From Octopus sinensis (lineage: Eukaryota): a stretch of DNA of 34,391 bases. The translations under genes were made by a program, and so were the position numbers. The stretch covers positions 1 through 34,391 of the forward strand of contig NW_021831740.1 in assembly GCF_006345805.1 (NCBI RefSeq), written 5' to 3'. Numbering within the stretch: position 1 is the first letter of the stretch; each line of letters starts with the position of its first letter. Shown here one piece after another: positions 32,669 to 34,391 of this stretch. The notes beneath the pieces are model-generated. The model searched no databases. It was given only the letters and a program-made list of their open reading frames with translations, and was not told the DNA's origin.

Positions 32669-33062
32669 TACTAGCAGTATCGCCCGGCGTTGCTCAGGTT
32701 TGTAAGGGAAATAACTATAAAGCATTTTTAGAGAGTTATAGCCAAAAAATAGCAAAAAAATGGAAGAAAAATGATGGTAAATTTTTTTTTGAGAGTAAAA
32801 AAAGGTTGAGTTTGCGTCCCCTAGACCGTCCTGTGGTTTGTTTTTTTTTTTGATTCTCGACCCCATGTCGAATTTATCGATTTTTTTCAGAACTGGGGGA
32901 ACTTTTCAAATTTTCGCTGCGTTAGTTTTGAATTATGACATTGGGCTATGTGTGTGTCAAGTTTCATCAGAATCGGTTGAAAGCCGTTCAGGGTGAGGGT
33001 ACAGCAAACAGACACACAGAAACACCGCACAGACAAACTGGCCGTTTATATAGAGAGAGATA
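32669..33062 (+). mobile_element. Helitron/Helentron-associated (HINE/DINE-1-like) element, longer copy
   Basis: Same ends and body as 4943-5180, plus the ~156-bp segment 32724-32879. Embedded in (TA)n. Confidence 0.82.
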
Positions 33063-33107
33063 TATACATACATACACACACACACATATATATATATATA
33101 TAGATAT

Positions 33108-33148
<41 letters not shown>

Positions 33149-33253
33149 ATATATATATATATGTAATATATATATATAGTATATAGTATATATACACACA
33201 CAAGTATACATGATATATATATAGATAGTAGATAGATAGACAAATAGATATAA

Positions 33254-33300
<47 letters not shown>

Positions 33301-33326
33301 TAGATAGATAGATAGATAAGATAGAG

Positions 33327-33357
<31 letters not shown>

Positions 33358-33386
33358 AGATAGATAGATAGATAGATAGATAGATC
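33063..33386. repeat. (TA)n and (GATA)n microsatellites
   Basis: Seen directly. Confidence 0.95.
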
Positions 33387-34071
33387 ATAAGACGATCTGT
33401 ATACCATCTGTTTCTATGGTTCTAATGTCATCTCAGCTGTAGCTCATCTTCGTCATCTCTTCAATTATATTTCTCAGAAGCCAAATGACGTATACAAAGA
33501 AGGAATCTCCAGGAAAACAGTAGGGGTGAAGTGGAAACAGGGCTGAGTGGAAATTCTTGTTCTAGATCCAAGTTAAAAACAATTCTCAATACGTAAGCAA
33601 CTGACCCCTGCTGGGAAAGTCTTGAACTACACAACTTCCTGTTTCTTTCCTTTTTGCTTCCCTCCTTCCTGTGCTTTAATCTTATAGGACCTTTACTCTT
33701 AGATAACAGAGACTAATTAATTGTGTTTAGGTTTTAGTTCATCAAATTGATTTTGTCACTGATATTGTTGTTGCTGTCCGTTTTTTTTTTACTTATTGGA
33801 ATTAAAATTGTTCTTCTTCCATTTCACTGCCTTCTTCACTGTCATCCTTATCACCATCATTGATACAAACACCATTATTAATCATTATTGAATTCTCACC
33901 AAATACAATATAGTTCACAAGAACCAGCCTAATGCAGTCTAAATTACAGTGTTACCCATCCCTATACCACTCTCATACTACTCTTATATATGCATACATA
34001 TATATATATATATTTCGTATACAGACATACTCACACATATTCACAAGTAATATAGTCATATATATTCTTTT

Positions 34072-34156
34072 CTTAATTCATCGACCCTAAAAGTATGAAA
34101 GGCAAAGTCGACCCCGGCGGAATTTGAACTCAGAACGTAACGGCAGACAAAATACC
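34072..34156 (-). mobile_element. Family C SINE, partial (host copy of a nested insertion)
   Basis: ATCGACCCTAAAAGTATGAAAGGCAAAGTCGACC...ACGGCAGACAAAATACC stops abruptly at the tail of the next copy. Confidence 0.85.
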
Positions 34157-34388
34157 TATTTCTTTACTACCCACAAAGGGCTAAACACAGAGAGGACAAA
34201 CAAGGACAGACAAATTGGATTAAGTCGATTACATCGACCCCAGTGCGTAACTGGTACTTAAATTATCGACCCTGAAAGGACGAAAGGCAAAATCGACATC
34301 GGCAGATTTTGAACTCAGAATGTAAAGACAGATGAAATACCACTAAGCATTTTGCCCAGTATGCTAACGTTTCTGCCAGCTCGCCACC
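34157..34388 (-). mobile_element. Family C SINE, full length
   Basis: Aligns end to end with 6127-6355. Confidence 0.92.
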
Positions 34389-34391
34389 TTT

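Noticed and set aside
33900-33940. 39-nt minus-strand mini-exon candidate in phase with the GPI exon
   Set aside because: The donor is good (TG|GTGAGA) but the acceptor has no real pyrimidine tract. Too weak to call.

Overview
Eukaryotic, AT-rich DNA, most likely from a cephalopod (octopus-like). That assignment is an inference from the recurring tRNA-derived SINE families and the very high density of (TA)n/(CA)n/(GATA)n/(ATT)n microsatellites. Nearly all ORFs in the supplied track are microsatellite artefacts. Positions 1-23.4 kb and 32.6-34.4 kb are a nest of transposon debris: at least five tRNA-SINE families, fragments of R4/Dong-like, RTE, Penelope-like and knuckle-ORF1 LINEs, a mariner fragment, Tc1/mariner-type MITEs, Helitron/HINE-like elements and a possible piggyBac relic. 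The best host-gene signal is a minus-strand terminal exon (31455-31558) encoding a GPI-anchor-signal-like C-terminus, followed by an AT-rich stretch free of SINEs that may be a long 3' UTR. The most notable hidden features are a Penelope-type hammerhead ribozyme motif with an intact catalytic core (7625-7704), a second degenerate hammerhead, an RTE insertion with a twin-priming-like 5' inversion, a SINE with a ~104-bp target-site duplication, and two inverted SINE pairs. I found no prokaryotic, CRISPR-like or clearly unprecedented multi-gene system. All family assignments rest on my motif recognition; no database search was run.
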